Positions 1-10,896 of a stretch of 64,000 nucleotides of DNA are shown one piece after another; positions within the stretch are counted from its first letter, which is position 1, and each line of letters begins with the position of its first letter. Made by a program: the position numbers and the translations under genes. Source of the DNA: Bacillota bacterium. Lineage in GTDB: Bacteria; Bacillota; Dethiobacteria; DTU022. The notes under the pieces were generated by a model. The model saw only the letters and a program-made list of their open reading frames with translations. It was not told the DNA's origin and did not search any database. Where the stretch lies: positions 14,242 through 78,241 of the forward strand of contig JAAZLS010000021.1 of the NCBI GenBank assembly GCA_012799185.1. The letters run 5' to 3'.

Positions 1-93
1 ATCATGATCACCCACGCCCATGAGATCGCCCTGCAGGCCGACCGGATCATTACCTTGGCTGACGGGCAGATCATTAAAGACGAGGTGATCTAG
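1..93 (+). CDS. ABC transporter ATP-binding protein, C-terminal fragment (5' end lies outside the window)
   Basis: An in-frame ORF reading ...IMITHAHEIALQADRIITLADGQIIKDEVI* ends at 93. This matches the typical C-terminus of a MacB-type ABC ATPase (H-loop 'ITH'), and the next gene is the cognate FtsX permease. Confidence 0.6.
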   Translation: MMITHAHEIALQADRIITLADGQIIKDEVI

Positions 94-95
94 TC

Positions 96-2696
96 GTGAA
101 CATTTTAAACCAACTTACCTGGAGTAGCCTGAAATTAAATCGCAAGCGGACCATCGTCACCATTATCGGCATCCTGCTCTCGGCGGCGATGATCTGCGCC
201 ACCGTCTCCATCACAACCAGTTTCCAGGATCTTTTTATCGAAAGGGCAAAGGAGACCGATGGTAATTTTCATGCTACCTTTTACGAGGTGGAGCAAGAAA
301 AAAGCAAATATCTCACTGCAAATACTTATACTGAAACCGCCATGTTCAGCCGTGATTTAGGCTTTGCCCGTTTTGAACTATCTACTGTCGACCATCGACC
401 ATATTTTTTCATCAAGGAATACGACAGTACCGCCATGGGGCATATGCCGATCAAGCTCACGGCCGGCCGCTACCCGGAAAAAAGCGGTGAAATTCTCCTT
501 TCCGAGGAGATTCTCGATTACGGCGGAGAGGAATACCAGGTCGGCCAGACGATTGCCCTGGATTTGGGCGAACGGTCGGGTCCTCAAGGGGAACCTCTGC
601 CCGAATCTACTCCCTGGTCTGAAGAGGAGCAATTTTTTTCAACCGAAACCCAGGTTTACACCATAACCGGGCTGATCGCCCGGCCCCACTTTGAAAACTT
701 CAGCAGCATCCCCGGGTTTACCGCAGTAACCTACCTGGACACGAACACCCTGGGGGCTACGGAAAAAGTGAACGTTTCTATCCTGGGAAAAAAACCACGG
801 CAAATTTACGACCGGGTGCCAGAGATGGCAGCCGGCGCCGGAGACCCGGATTATGCCTACAACAATGAACTTTTGAGATACTTGGGCCTTTCGGAAAACG
901 ACCGGGCCATGGCCATGATCCATTCGGTGGCCGCAATTGTAATTTTGCTGATTGCCGTCGGCTCGGTAACAGTAATCTACAACGCCTTCGCCATCTCGGT
1001 TAGCGAGAGGAAGAAACAGTTCGGCCTCCTGGCCAGCAGCGGGGCCACCCCCGGCCAGATCCGGCGCACTGTATTTTTTGAAGGAGCAATCCTGGGATTA
1101 ATCGGCATCCCGTTGGGCCTTCTTGCCGGCTTTGGCGGCATCGGGCTCACCCTTTCCGTAGTCAATCGCCTGATGAGCGGTTCTATGTTCAACGAAGAGA
1201 TGGCGCTGCGCCTGGTGATCTCTCCTTACATAATCCCAATTACAGTAGCCGTGGTAGCCTTGATTATTTTTATCTCCGCCTATATCCCGGCCAAGAGGGC
1301 GGCCGCCATCTCACCGATCGAGGCCATCCGACTCAGCGAAGATATCCGGATCCGGGGGAAAAATGTTAAAACCTCCCGGCTGACCCGCTGGTTATTCGGG
1401 GTGGAGGGCGAGCTGGCCATGAAGAACCTGAAGCGGAACCGCCGCCGCTACCGGACCACCGTCTTTTCCCTTTTCATCAGTATCGTGCTCTTTGTCTCCT
1501 TCTCCAGCTTTATCAACTTTGCCCTGTTAGGGGGCGGCCTATATTACCAGGAGGCCCCCTTCGACTTTAGCATCATGGCCCATGGGGTCCCCCCGGAAGA
1601 ACATAAAAAAATGTACGAGCAAATTTCTGCCCTGGAGGAAGTAGAACGGTGCACCATGTACCGGGAGATAGTTACTACTTCCTGGCTGGAGGAAGCAAAA
1701 TATAGTCCGATCCTTTTAAAAAATTTCACTGAAGAGAGTAACGTTTCTAAAGACGGGGCCGGGAACTACGAATGCTACCTCCATTTGGTGGCGCTGGGCG
1801 AAAAGGAGTTTAAATTTTACACCAGTGAAAATGGGATTGACGCGGCTGATTTCCAGGATACCACGAACTTTAAGGGGATCTTAGCAAATAAAAGTGTCTC
1901 CCCGGAAGTTATGGCCGAATTTAAACCGCTTAAAATAAAAGCGGGAGAAAAATTAACGCTGGAGGGACTGGCAGCAGGTCGGGAGGAGAGGGATATTCCC
2001 AAATTTATCATGGAGGTGGGGGCCGTAACCGAAAACCTGCCTTTAGGATATTCCTCCACCGGCATCTGGTCCGCAGACATCATTGTTTCCGATGAAGTTT
2101 TTGAGACCGTCCGGTCGATGATCCATAATGAGGATGATTACCCTTACACCTCCCTAGAATTTTATCTCATTACCTCCGGCGGTGCCGGCCTGGAAGAACA
2201 ACTAAACACTATTTGCAAAAGTTATACTGACGAACGGATCTATGTTCTCGATGTGGCGGCGGCCCAGCAAGAGATGAGGCGCACCACCCTGGCCATCTCC
2301 ATTTTTCTCTATGGTTTCATTATCCTGATCACCTTGATCGGTGTCACCAATATCTTTAACACGATCAGTACCAACGTGGCCCTGCGCCGCCGGGAATTTG
2401 CCATGCTAAAATCGGTGGGCCTAACCCCAAAGGGTTTTAATAAAATTATCAATTACGAAAGTATCTTCTACGGCTTAAAAGCCCTTCTCTACGGGCTGCC
2501 AGTGAGCATTTTGATTAGCCTAGGGATGTATAACAGTTTCGGGAACTTCTTCCACTTTACATTCTTTCTTCCTTGGAAAGAGATCCTGATCTGTGTAGCC
2601 GGCGTTTTTGTTATCGTTTTTATAACCATGCTTCATGCCAGCAGCCGGATGAAACGTGAAAATATTATCGAGGCATTGAAAGAGGAGACCCTGTAA
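96..2696 (+). CDS. ABC transporter permease, FtsX/MacB family (two FtsX-like 4-TM modules, large extracytoplasmic domains)
   Basis: 866-aa ORF with a GTG start 2 nt after the upstream ATPase stop. Hydrophobic segments recur at the N-terminus, the middle and the C-terminus, consistent with a duplicated FtsX permease architecture. Confidence 0.8.
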   Translation: MNILNQLTWSSLKLNRKRTIVTIIGILLSAAMICATVSITTSFQDLFIERAKETDGNFHATFYEVEQEKSKYLTANTYTETAMFSRDLGFARFELSTVDHRPYFFIKEYDSTAMGHMPIKLTAGRYPEKSGEILLSEEILDYGGEEYQVGQTIALDLGERSGPQGEPLPESTPWSEEEQFFSTETQVYTITGLIARPHFENFSSIPGFTAVTYLDTNTLGATEKVNVSILGKKPRQIYDRVPEMAAGAGDPDYAYNNELLRYLGLSENDRAMAMIHSVAAIVILLIAVGSVTVIYNAFAISVSERKKQFGLLASSGATPGQIRRTVFFEGAILGLIGIPLGLLAGFGGIGLTLSVVNRLMSGSMFNEEMALRLVISPYIIPITVAVVALIIFISAYIPAKRAAAISPIEAIRLSEDIRIRGKNVKTSRLTRWLFGVEGELAMKNLKRNRRRYRTTVFSLFISIVLFVSFSSFINFALLGGGLYYQEAPFDFSIMAHGVPPEEHKKMYEQISALEEVERCTMYREIVTTSWLEEAKYSPILLKNFTEESNVSKDGAGNYECYLHLVALGEKEFKFYTSENGIDAADFQDTTNFKGILANKSVSPEVMAEFKPLKIKAGEKLTLEGLAAGREERDIPKFIMEVGAVTENLPLGYSSTGIWSADIIVSDEVFETVRSMIHNEDDYPYTSLEFYLITSGGAGLEEQLNTICKSYTDERIYVLDVAAAQQEMRRTTLAISIFLYGFIILITLIGVTNIFNTISTNVALRRREFAMLKSVGLTPKGFNKIINYESIFYGLKALLYGLPVSILISLGMYNSFGNFFHFTFFLPWKEILICVAGVFVIVFITMLHASSRMKRENIIEALKEETL

Positions 2697-2707
2697 GAGT
2701 GGGAGCT

Positions 2708-3259
2708 TTATTCAGTACCGGGCTCCCACTCCCCGTTCTCCTCCTCCTCTTCCGTTTCCGGGCTAGCGACCACCGGCAGGGCTATTTCGGACAACACCTG
2801 GTCTCCGGTATCTACAAACTGCCATACCGAATGGGCCCCTACCTTCTCTTTATCTACTGTCACCAGATGGTAAGCCTGGGGCTGGAGGGATACTTGGACC
2901 CGAAGTTGGGCCGGACCCTCCTCCTGCGGGAATATCCCTATATTCCTGATCTCCCCATGGAGAGAGCTGACTAGCAGCTCATAGTCAGCATTGAACGGAT
3001 AATCAGGAAATGCCGGGTATTCCTCCCGCAAATTCTGCCACTCCTCCTGGCTATCGATCACCTGGAAAGAAGTTTCCGGTACCATCTCCCCCCTCCCGGC
3101 AGTAACAAAGGTTAGAATATTTTCCAGCTCTTCTACGGGGGTAGTTACCGCTCGATCGGCCTTAAAAAAATTATCATATACTGATAGGCTAACTAGTAGA
3201 ACCAACAGAAACAGCAGAGGCAGAAGCCTGCGACTCTCAATAACAAAAAAGCGATGCAT
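2708..3259 (-). CDS. hypothetical protein with N-terminal signal anchor and acidic C-terminus
   Basis: 183-aa ORF with a hydrophobic N-terminus (LLPLLFLLVLLVSLSV) and a poly-Glu C-terminus. I do not recognise a family. Confidence 0.45.
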   Translation of the reverse strand: MHRFFVIESRRLLPLLFLLVLLVSLSVYDNFFKADRAVTTPVEELENILTFVTAGRGEMVPETSFQVIDSQEEWQNLREEYPAFPDYPFNADYELLVSSLHGEIRNIGIFPQEEGPAQLRVQVSLQPQAYHLVTVDKEKVGAHSVWQFVDTGDQVLSEIALPVVASPETEEEEENGEWEPGTE

Positions 3260-3486
3260 CCAGGTTCTCCCCTTCCCGGGACATAGTTATATGTTATTCT
3301 TATGCCCGGAGGCACTGTTTATGTCTGGGAGGCCAATCATCTAGCCCTCTTTTACCGAAAAGGGAGGATCGGGGATGGGAACCTAAGACACGGGGACGTT
3401 TCCATTGTCCGTAAAACGCAGGGATAATTCCTATGACGGGTTGCGGTGGGAATCATCTCAGGCAGTAAAAATGTCCCCGTGCCTGG

Positions 3487-4836
3487 TTAAATTTGTAGTT
3501 GTAGACCGGGGACCCCGGTAAGAGTGGAGCCCTCTTCTTTTTCCAGGAGGACCGGGATTAATTTTCCCTGCCAGCAGGAACTTTTCCCGGGAAGGGTTGT
3601 TTTTACCCGGATATAGTGGGGGGTAAAACCCTCTCCCCAGGCGGAACTCACCTTTTCAATCAAAACTTCTTCAGTAGAGCCAATAAAACTTAAACGATAA
3701 GCCTTCGCCATTTCATTCCCCAAGGCAATCATTTCACTACTACGATAATCCTTAACCTTTGCGGGAACCTGTCCTGAAAAGTTGATAGCCCGGGTTCCAG
3801 GACGAGGCGAATATTTGAAAACGTGCAGGCGGCTAAAATTTACCTGCTGGACAAACTCTAAGCTACGCCGGTGATGTTGGTCAGTTTCACCGGGAAAGCC
3901 GACCATAATATCGGTACTTATTGCCAGGTCAGGTTTAAGTTGCCTGAGCCAGTTTACTAGGTACTTATATTCCGACAGGGTGTAGCGGCGATTCATCCGT
4001 TCTAGTATCTCCTCATCACCGCTTTGAAGTGGGATATGAAAATGCGGACATACCTGGCTGGATCCCAGGACCTGCTCCACCAGTTCACCGGTTATATCGG
4101 TAGGCTCCAGCGAACTGATGCGGATCCGATCTAACCCGGGGATTTCCTCCAGCTTGGCCAGCAATCCGGCCAAGGTTATCTCACCAGCCCCCAGGTCGAC
4201 ACCGTACAGACCCAGGTGAATACCGGTTAACACTATTTCCCGGTATCCGGAGCGGACCATCCAACCAGCCCGGGCTATCGCCTCCTCCGGGGGTAGGCTA
4301 CGTAAAGGGCCTCTCGTCCGGGGGATCACACAATAAGAACATCCTGCGGTACAACCCTCCTGTATTTTAAGAAATCCCCTGGTACGCCCCCGCTGGCGAA
4401 AGGGAGGCAACATTTCAAAGGAGGCCTTTTTCGGGAAGGGCACGACTAAATTTTGGGGCCGCTGCCGGGCCAACCCCTTCACCAACCCCGGTAGCTCCTC
4501 CCGGCCATGGGTCCCAATTATTAAATCTACCCCGGTAATTTTTTTAATCTCTTCGGGGAAACCCTGGGCATAACAACCGGTTACTACAATTATCCCCTGC
4601 GGATTTTTTCGATGGGCCCGGCGGATCATTTTTCTGGATTTATGGGCACTAGGGCCGGTTACAGTGCAGGTATTTATCACCGATACTTCGGCCGGTTCTA
4701 AAAAGGAAACTATCTGATACCCGGCCCGTTCAAACTGGACCTTCATCGCCTCGGTCTCTGCAAAGTTCACCTTGCAACCTAAGGTATAGAAACCCACTCT
4801 TTTCATGGCCGGTCCCCCCCCCCTAAATCCCCCCAA
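3487..4836 (-). CDS. mtaB: radical-SAM methylthiotransferase, MiaB/RimO family; probably MtaB (tRNA ms2t6A). The true start is likely the internal Met (MKRVGFYTLGCKVN).
   Basis: Shows the MTTase N-terminal domain (GCKVN...INTCTVT), the radical-SAM motif (CTAGCSYC) and a TRAM-like C-terminus. Its position after dnaJ-rsmE mirrors B. subtilis yqeV. Confidence 0.8.
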   Translation of the reverse strand: MGGFRGGGPAMKRVGFYTLGCKVNFAETEAMKVQFERAGYQIVSFLEPAEVSVINTCTVTGPSAHKSRKMIRRAHRKNPQGIIVVTGCYAQGFPEEIKKITGVDLIIGTHGREELPGLVKGLARQRPQNLVVPFPKKASFEMLPPFRQRGRTRGFLKIQEGCTAGCSYCVIPRTRGPLRSLPPEEAIARAGWMVRSGYREIVLTGIHLGLYGVDLGAGEITLAGLLAKLEEIPGLDRIRISSLEPTDITGELVEQVLGSSQVCPHFHIPLQSGDEEILERMNRRYTLSEYKYLVNWLRQLKPDLAISTDIMVGFPGETDQHHRRSLEFVQQVNFSRLHVFKYSPRPGTRAINFSGQVPAKVKDYRSSEMIALGNEMAKAYRLSFIGSTEEVLIEKVSSAWGEGFTPHYIRVKTTLPGKSSCWQGKLIPVLLEKEEGSTLTGVPGLQLQI

Positions 4837-5570
4837 GCCGCCTGCACCAACGCCAGCGTGACTGCCGATGCGGTTTCTGTTCGCAATATACGGGGTCCCA
4901 AATGAACGCTCCGGGCACCCGTGACGGATAAGGCATTTATCTCCGATTCGTCAAATCCTCCCTCGGGGCCGATAAATAGGGAGAGAAAACCACCGGGAAA
5001 AGGAAAGGGCTGTCGGAGCAGTTCCCCCAACCCCAATTTTTTCTCCCCTTCCCAGGGTACCAGTGTTAACCCGGCTCGGGGGGCCGGCAGCGTAGCCAAG
5101 GCTTGCAAAAAATCAACCGGAGGCTTCACCTCCGGGATCCGGCTTCGGCGGCATTGGGCAGACGCGGCACGGGCAATGGTTCGCCATCGAATTACACGTC
5201 GCCGTCCTTTATCACCATCCCAGCGGGGAACGCTGCGTTCGGTTATCACCGGGATTATCCGAGAAACACCTAGCTCCACCGCCTGCCGTACAACCAGATC
5301 CATCTTCTCATTTTTGGCCAGTGATTGTAGCAAGGTTATGAAAAGGGGCGGATCGTCCAGGACTACCGGCTGTTCCAGGCGTACCTGGATTAAGCCGGGA
5401 CCGGCGGCGATAACCACCCCACTATAAACCGTTCCCTCCCCGTCACCGATATCTAGCCAGTCCCCCTTCCGCCGGCGGAGCACCCGGTAAGCATGCTTAA
5501 CATCCCCGGGGCAAAGCTCTACGATCCGCCCGGCCGCCAAGGGAACACCCTCTATAAAAAAATAGGACAC
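4803..5570 (-). CDS. rsmE: 16S rRNA (uracil1498-N3)-methyltransferase RsmE
   Basis: 255-aa product with a PUA-like N-terminus and a SPOUT C-terminus (GPEGGF motif). Sits in the dnaK-operon position of B. subtilis yqeU. Confidence 0.8.
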   Translation of the reverse strand: MSYFFIEGVPLAAGRIVELCPGDVKHAYRVLRRRKGDWLDIGDGEGTVYSGVVIAAGPGLIQVRLEQPVVLDDPPLFITLLQSLAKNEKMDLVVRQAVELGVSRIIPVITERSVPRWDGDKGRRRVIRWRTIARAASAQCRRSRIPEVKPPVDFLQALATLPAPRAGLTLVPWEGEKKLGLGELLRQPFPFPGGFLSLFIGPEGGFDESEINALSVTGARSVHLGPRILRTETASAVTLALVQAAWGDLGGGDRP

Positions 5571-5655
5571 TCCTAATCACTCCACTCCAACACCAACCGA
5601 CCCCTGGGACTGAGACAAAATGTACGCCCCCCTAACTCATGGGCCTGGTCGGGTC

Positions 5656-6792
5656 TTAGCTGCCCCCCAAGGCATCTTTCATGCGGCCAATAAACCCTTT
5701 TTCTTCTAGACCGGCCTTTTCCCCGCCCAGTCGGGCCAGCTCTGCCAAAAGTTCCTTTTGCCGTTTACCAAGCCGTTTCGGGACAACCACCCTAACCCGG
5801 ACCCGTTGATCCCCCCGTCCAGTCCCCCTTAAACGGGGCATTCCCTTACCCCGCAGCCGGAGGGTAGTCCCCGGCTGGGTCCCGGCGGGGATACGCAACT
5901 CTACTGGCCCCTCCAGGGTAGGTACTTCTATTTCTACACCCAAAGCCGCCTGGATCATCGATATGGGGAGCTCATAGCCTATATGATCACCCTCTCGGCG
6001 AAATACCCGGTGGGATTTAACCGTAATAAACACGTAGAGATCACCGGGCGGTCCTCCCCGAAGCCCGGCATCGCCACCCCCGGAAACCCTCAACCGGGAG
6101 TTGCTATCCACCCCCGGGGGGATCTGGATCTCTATTTTGCGCTCTCTGACTACCCGCCCTTGCCCTCGGCAGGTAGGACAGGGCTCTCTAATTATTTTAC
6201 CTTCACCCCGGCAGGTACTACAGGTCTGCCGGGAAATAAAACTTCCAAAGGGGGTACTGCGAGTAAATTGCTGTTGCCCGCTACCCCTACAGGTAGGACA
6301 GGTCTCCGGCTCGGTTCCCGGACGGCTACCGCTACCCTCGCATTCAGAACAGGTCTCGGTCCTGGAGACAGTTATCTCTCGGGCCCCTCCCCGAAAGGCC
6401 TCCTCCAGGGTAATATTTAAATTATAGCGCAAATCCCTACCCTGTTCCGGCCCCGGCGAGCGACGACGGGCAAATCCACCACCAAAAAAATTTTCAAATA
6501 TATCTTCCATCCCCAGGCCGGAAAAATCAAATCCAAATCCGTCCTGCCCACCCCCAAATCCAGCCCCCATCGGGCCTTCATGACCAAAACGATTATAGCT
6601 TTCCCTTTTTTGGGGGTCGCTTAGTACATCGTAAGCCTCTTTTACTTCTTTGAATTTTTGTTCAGCTTGCTTATCGTTAGGGTTAAAATCCGGGTGGTAC
6701 CGGCGGGCTAACCGGCGGTAAGCCTTCTTAATCTCTTCTGTTGTCGCATCACGGTTAACCCCCAGCACCTCGTAAAAATCCCGTTTGGGCAT
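5656..6792 (-). CDS. dnaJ: molecular chaperone DnaJ
   Basis: Contains a J-domain (HPD), a G/F-rich region and four CxxCxGxG zinc-finger repeats. Confidence 0.95.
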   Translation of the reverse strand: MPKRDFYEVLGVNRDATTEEIKKAYRRLARRYHPDFNPNDKQAEQKFKEVKEAYDVLSDPQKRESYNRFGHEGPMGAGFGGGQDGFGFDFSGLGMEDIFENFFGGGFARRRSPGPEQGRDLRYNLNITLEEAFRGGAREITVSRTETCSECEGSGSRPGTEPETCPTCRGSGQQQFTRSTPFGSFISRQTCSTCRGEGKIIREPCPTCRGQGRVVRERKIEIQIPPGVDSNSRLRVSGGGDAGLRGGPPGDLYVFITVKSHRVFRREGDHIGYELPISMIQAALGVEIEVPTLEGPVELRIPAGTQPGTTLRLRGKGMPRLRGTGRGDQRVRVRVVVPKRLGKRQKELLAELARLGGEKAGLEEKGFIGRMKDALGGS

Positions 6793-6825
6793 TACTGCTC
6801 ATCCTTTTTCTTCAAATTAAGCGCC

Positions 6826-8685
6826 CTAATCGTCGTTATCTTCCTTAATATCGTAATCGGCATCGACGATATCCTCGTCATCCTTAACAGTTTCGGTCGG
6901 CTCTTCTCCGGGCGCACTGCCCCCTTCATCCCCGGCCTGTTGCTGTTGTTGCTTAACCTGTTCGTAAAGCTTGGCTGAAAGCTCGTGGATAAAACCGTTT
7001 AGTTTTTCCGAAGCCTGCTTGATCTGATCAAGATCATCGCCGGCGACCGCCGAACGCAGCTCGGTCACGGCCTGCCGGATTTGATTGGCCTTTTCCTCCT
7101 CCACCTTGTCACCTAAATCTTTGAGTGATTTTTCCGCACTATAGGCCAGGGAGTCGGCCTCATTTCTTGCCTCCGCCAGCTCTTTTTGTCTACGGTCTTC
7201 CTCGGCAAATTGTTCGGATTCCTTAACCATCTCATCGATCTGCTCTTTACTTAGACCGCTGGAGGCAGTAATGGTAATATGTTGTTCTTTACCGGTACCC
7301 AAATCCTTGGCCGATACATTAACTATCCCGTTGGCATCCAGGTCGAAGCTTACCTCGATCTGGGGAATTCCCCGCGGCGCCGGCGGAATCCCATCCAGCA
7401 TGAACCGCCCCAGGGTTTTATTGTTTGCCGCCATGGGGCGCTCCCCCTGCAGCACGTGAATCTCCACGCTGGACTGATTATCGGCGGCGGTACTAAAGAT
7501 CTGCTTTTTTTCGGTAGGGATAGTAGTGTTACGATCAATGATCTTGGTGAATACTCCCCCCAGGGTCTCAATCCCTAAAGAGAGAGGGGTAACATCCAGT
7601 AATAGAACATCTTTTACCTCCCCGCTGAGAACCCCGGCCTGGTAAGCCGCCCCCAGGCAGACCACCTCATCCGGGTTTACCCCCTTGTGCGGCTCTTTGC
7701 CCAGCAACCTGCGGATCGCCTCCTGCACCGCCGGAATCCGGGTAGACCCCCCCACCAGGACAATGCGATCCACCTGTTCCACCTTTAGGCCTGCATCATC
7801 TAAAGCCCGGCGGGTGGGATCCATGGTTTTTTCAACTAGGTCGGCGGTCAACTCCTCGAATTTAGCCCTGGTTACAGTCATCTCTAAATGTTGAGGTCCC
7901 TCCTGGGTGGCGGTGATAAAGGGCAGGTTAATCGTGGACGAGGTTACCGATGAGAGCTCTACCTTAGCTTTCTCCGCTGCCTCTTTAAGCCGTTGCAAGG
8001 CCATCCGATCGGAACGTAGATCGATCCCGGTATTTTTTTTGAAATCATCAGCAATGTAATCGATCAGGCGCTGATCAAAATCGTCGCCCCCCAGCCGGTT
8101 GTTACCGCTAGTAGCCTTAACCTCCACCACCCCGTCCCCCAGCTCCAAGACGGAAACATCAAAGGTACCACCGCCTAAATCATATACGAGCACCGTGTGG
8201 TCACCGCTCTTATCTAGGCCGTAGGCCAGGGCAGCCGCCGTCGGTTCATTAATAATTCGTAGCACCTCTAGCCCGGCAATCTGCCCCGCATCCTTGGTAG
8301 CCTGGCGCTGGCTGTCGGTAAAATACGCCGGGACAGTAATTACCGCCTGGTTGATCTTTTCCCCCAGGTAACTCTCGGCATCGGTTTTAAGTTTTTGGAG
8401 AACCATCGCCGCAATCTCTTGGGGAGTGTAATCTTTATCATCAATATTAATTTTAAAATTTGTACCCATCTCTCGTTTAATAGAATGAATGGTCCGCTCC
8501 GGATTCGTAATGGCCTGGCGCTTGGCCACCTGGCCCACCAGGCGCTGCCCCTCCTTGGTAAACGCTACTACCGATGGGGTAATCCGGCTTCCTTCGGCGT
8601 TGGCAATAATTTCCGGCTCGCTGCCCATCATCACCGCTACCGCCGAATTTGTAGTCCCCAAATCAATTCCTATTACCCTGCCCAT
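6826..8685 (-). CDS. dnaK: molecular chaperone DnaK (Hsp70)
   Basis: Carries the canonical Hsp70 signatures [10 protein letters not shown] and DLGGGTFD. Confidence 0.97.
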   Translation of the reverse strand: MGRVIGIDLGTTNSAVAVMMGSEPEIIANAEGSRITPSVVAFTKEGQRLVGQVAKRQAITNPERTIHSIKREMGTNFKINIDDKDYTPQEIAAMVLQKLKTDAESYLGEKINQAVITVPAYFTDSQRQATKDAGQIAGLEVLRIINEPTAAALAYGLDKSGDHTVLVYDLGGGTFDVSVLELGDGVVEVKATSGNNRLGGDDFDQRLIDYIADDFKKNTGIDLRSDRMALQRLKEAAEKAKVELSSVTSSTINLPFITATQEGPQHLEMTVTRAKFEELTADLVEKTMDPTRRALDDAGLKVEQVDRIVLVGGSTRIPAVQEAIRRLLGKEPHKGVNPDEVVCLGAAYQAGVLSGEVKDVLLLDVTPLSLGIETLGGVFTKIIDRNTTIPTEKKQIFSTAADNQSSVEIHVLQGERPMAANNKTLGRFMLDGIPPAPRGIPQIEVSFDLDANGIVNVSAKDLGTGKEQHITITASSGLSKEQIDEMVKESEQFAEEDRRQKELAEARNEADSLAYSAEKSLKDLGDKVEEEKANQIRQAVTELRSAVAGDDLDQIKQASEKLNGFIHELSAKLYEQVKQQQQQAGDEGGSAPGEEPTETVKDDEDIVDADYDIKEDNDD

Positions 8686-8717
8686 TGATTTACCTCCTTT
8701 AAATCTGCGGTCTCCCG

Positions 8718-9386
8718 TTATTTATATACTTTAACCATAGAAGGCCTTAAAATCCGATCCTTAAAAGTATACCCCTTGCTAATCTCCTCTGCGACCACGC
8801 CCGCTACACCCTCCCCCGTTTTCTCCCGGCTCTCCCCCTCCGGGCCCGAAACCTCTGTCCCCGGGCCTCCCGCTCCCCCTTCACCCCCACCCGCCCCTCG
8901 CTTGCTTTCAACCTGGGCGACGGCATGATGAAAATTTGGATCAAAAAGAGAGCCCTCTGCCTCTATTTTCGTTACTCCTTCCTGGTAGAGCAGCTCCAAT
9001 AACTGCTTATAAATCATCTTTAATCCCTGGAGATGGGAGGGGGGATTCTTATCTTGGTAGGCCGATTGGAGCGCCCGCTCCAGATCATCGATTACCGGCA
9101 ACAATTTCTTAAAAAAATCAAAGAGGGCATATTCCCTATCATTTATCTGTTGCTGCCGGCTAATTCGCCGGAAGTTATCAAAATTTGCTCTCTCCCGTTG
9201 AAGCTGTTCAACCAGTTCCCGTCTTTCTTGCTCCCACCCCACAGCCCCTTCCTCCGAAACTGGGCCCGCTTTTTCGGCAGCACCCGGTTCCTCACCGGGG
9301 GAAGGTTCACCGGCCCGACTATTATCCATTTTTTTTTCTTCCATCCCTTTACCGAACTGCTTAAACTGTTGATCCTGTTCGGCCAC
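8718..9386 (-). CDS. grpE: nucleotide exchange factor GrpE
   Basis: Lies between dnaK and hrcA, about 220 aa, with a GrpE-like coiled-coil plus beta C-terminus. Confidence 0.9.
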   Translation of the reverse strand: MAEQDQQFKQFGKGMEEKKMDNSRAGEPSPGEEPGAAEKAGPVSEEGAVGWEQERRELVEQLQRERANFDNFRRISRQQQINDREYALFDFFKKLLPVIDDLERALQSAYQDKNPPSHLQGLKMIYKQLLELLYQEGVTKIEAEGSLFDPNFHHAVAQVESKRGAGGGEGGAGGPGTEVSGPEGESREKTGEGVAGVVAEEISKGYTFKDRILRPSMVKVYK

Positions 9387-9428
9387 GGTCTCACCTACTT
9401 ATCAGTTTTCTAATATATTCCCATCCTG

Positions 9429-10469
9429 CTACCTATTGGGGGTACTTAAAATAAGGTTCAAGTAGTCCACCAGGTAATTAATTATACCGATTACCCGGCA
9501 ATATTCCATCCGGGTCGGTCCAAGAATACCCATGGTTCCCAACATTTTATCCTGGATACTATAGGTAGCAGTAACCAGGGTACATTCATGAATATCTTGA
9601 AGCTTATTCTCCCGGCCAATATTAACCACTACCTGTTCCGCATCGGAACTATTCTCCAATAGACGGCTCAAAAGTGCCTCCTGCTCAAATAAAGAAAAAA
9701 GACTGCGCACCTTTTCCACATCCTTAAATTCAGGCTGGTTCAAAATATTGGTAGTTCCCCCCAGGTAGACCCGGACCTGTTCCTCTTCCTTTAAGCTTTC
9801 TTCCAACAATAAAAAGGCCTGTTCCAAAATTTCCAACCGCCGGAACAGATCCCGCTTAAGCTCATTGATCAGGGATGTGGTAACCTGGTCAATAGTTAGA
9901 CCATAGAGCTTATGATTAAGATAATTTACCACCTGGTGTAACTCGCTGGGAGTCAAGCTATAGGGCAGATCGATTATCTTATTTTTTATAAACCCGGTAT
10001 CGGTAATTAATACTACCAGCCCCTGTTTTTCACTCAAGGGCAAGATGCGCATCTGCTTGAAGGCAGCCTTTTGAAACTGGGGCCCCATTATTAAGGCAGT
10101 ATAATTGGTCGATAGCGATAACACCCGGGCGGCATTAAGAATTATTTTTTCGATCTCGCGTATCTTTTCCGCATTAAGCAAATTCTTGATCGCCTTTTTT
10201 TCTTCGGAGGTTAGTTGTACCCCCTCCATCAAGTGATCTACGTAGTAACGATAACCCTTATCCGAGGGGATTCTTCCCGCGGAGGTATGCGGCTGTTCTA
10301 GGTAGCCCATCTCTTCCAGGTCGGCCATCTCATTGCGGATGGTGGCAGAACTTAACCCGATCCGGTAACCGCGGGCTACTGTTCGGGAACCTACCGGTTC
10401 CGCACTCTGGGTATAGTTAACGATCACCGCTTTTAAAATTTTCTTTTTCCGTTCACTTAAGCTGCCCAT
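9429..10469 (-). CDS. hrcA: heat-inducible transcriptional repressor HrcA
   Basis: 346-aa product with an N-terminal winged helix (LSERKKKILKAVI...). A CIRCE element lies directly upstream. Confidence 0.9.
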   Translation of the reverse strand: MGSLSERKKKILKAVIVNYTQSAEPVGSRTVARGYRIGLSSATIRNEMADLEEMGYLEQPHTSAGRIPSDKGYRYYVDHLMEGVQLTSEEKKAIKNLLNAEKIREIEKIILNAARVLSLSTNYTALIMGPQFQKAAFKQMRILPLSEKQGLVVLITDTGFIKNKIIDLPYSLTPSELHQVVNYLNHKLYGLTIDQVTTSLINELKRDLFRRLEILEQAFLLLEESLKEEEQVRVYLGGTTNILNQPEFKDVEKVRSLFSLFEQEALLSRLLENSSDAEQVVVNIGRENKLQDIHECTLVTATYSIQDKMLGTMGILGPTRMEYCRVIGIINYLVDYLNLILSTPNR

Positions 10470-10493
10470 TTTATCCTCAAAACTATTTTCTGT

Positions 10494-10520
10494 TTAGCAC
10501 TCGATTAGCTTGAGTGCTAA
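10494..10520. promoter_or_regulatory. CIRCE operator (HrcA binding site) TTAGCACTC-N9-GAGTGCTAA
   Basis: Perfect 9-N9-9 inverted repeat, ttagcactc gattagctt gagtgctaa, immediately upstream of the hrcA start. Confidence 0.9.
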
Positions 10521-10527
10521 TATCAAT

Positions 10528-10836
10528 TTAAAAAATACCACCCCCCGTCGCTTTTGTCAAGACTAGGCCGGAAAAAAACTGTCTTAAAATAAAAATAAGC
10601 CTGTCCCACTTTTCTATAAGCTGGTAATACATAGCCGGAAAATTAATTACCACTCCCTTTCCTGCAAAAATAATAGTGCATTCGCCCCCGCTACCCCGCT
10701 CCCAGGCCAGAGCCCGGGAGGGCTGCCCCCAATTAACCATCTCCCCGATCCCTTTCTCCACCGCTTGCAGGCCCCCGTAGACCACGAATAGGATTAATAC
10801 CAGGGCGGCCACTACTATCCGCCTCGACACAGCCAT
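10528..10836 (-). CDS. small hypothetical membrane protein (possibly YqxA-like, by position next to spoIIP)
   Basis: 102-aa product with an N-terminal TM helix, between spoIIP and hrcA as in the B. subtilis spoIIP-yqxA arrangement. The assignment rests on synteny only. Confidence 0.4.
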   Translation of the reverse strand: MAVSRRIVVAALVLILFVVYGGLQAVEKGIGEMVNWGQPSRALAWERGSGGECTIIFAGKGVVINFPAMYYQLIEKWDRLIFILRQFFSGLVLTKATGGGIF

Positions 10837-10896
10837 CCCTCCCCCCGGGATCTTATGGTTTCGCCTATATTATAAGAATGACCCGATCCTAGACTT

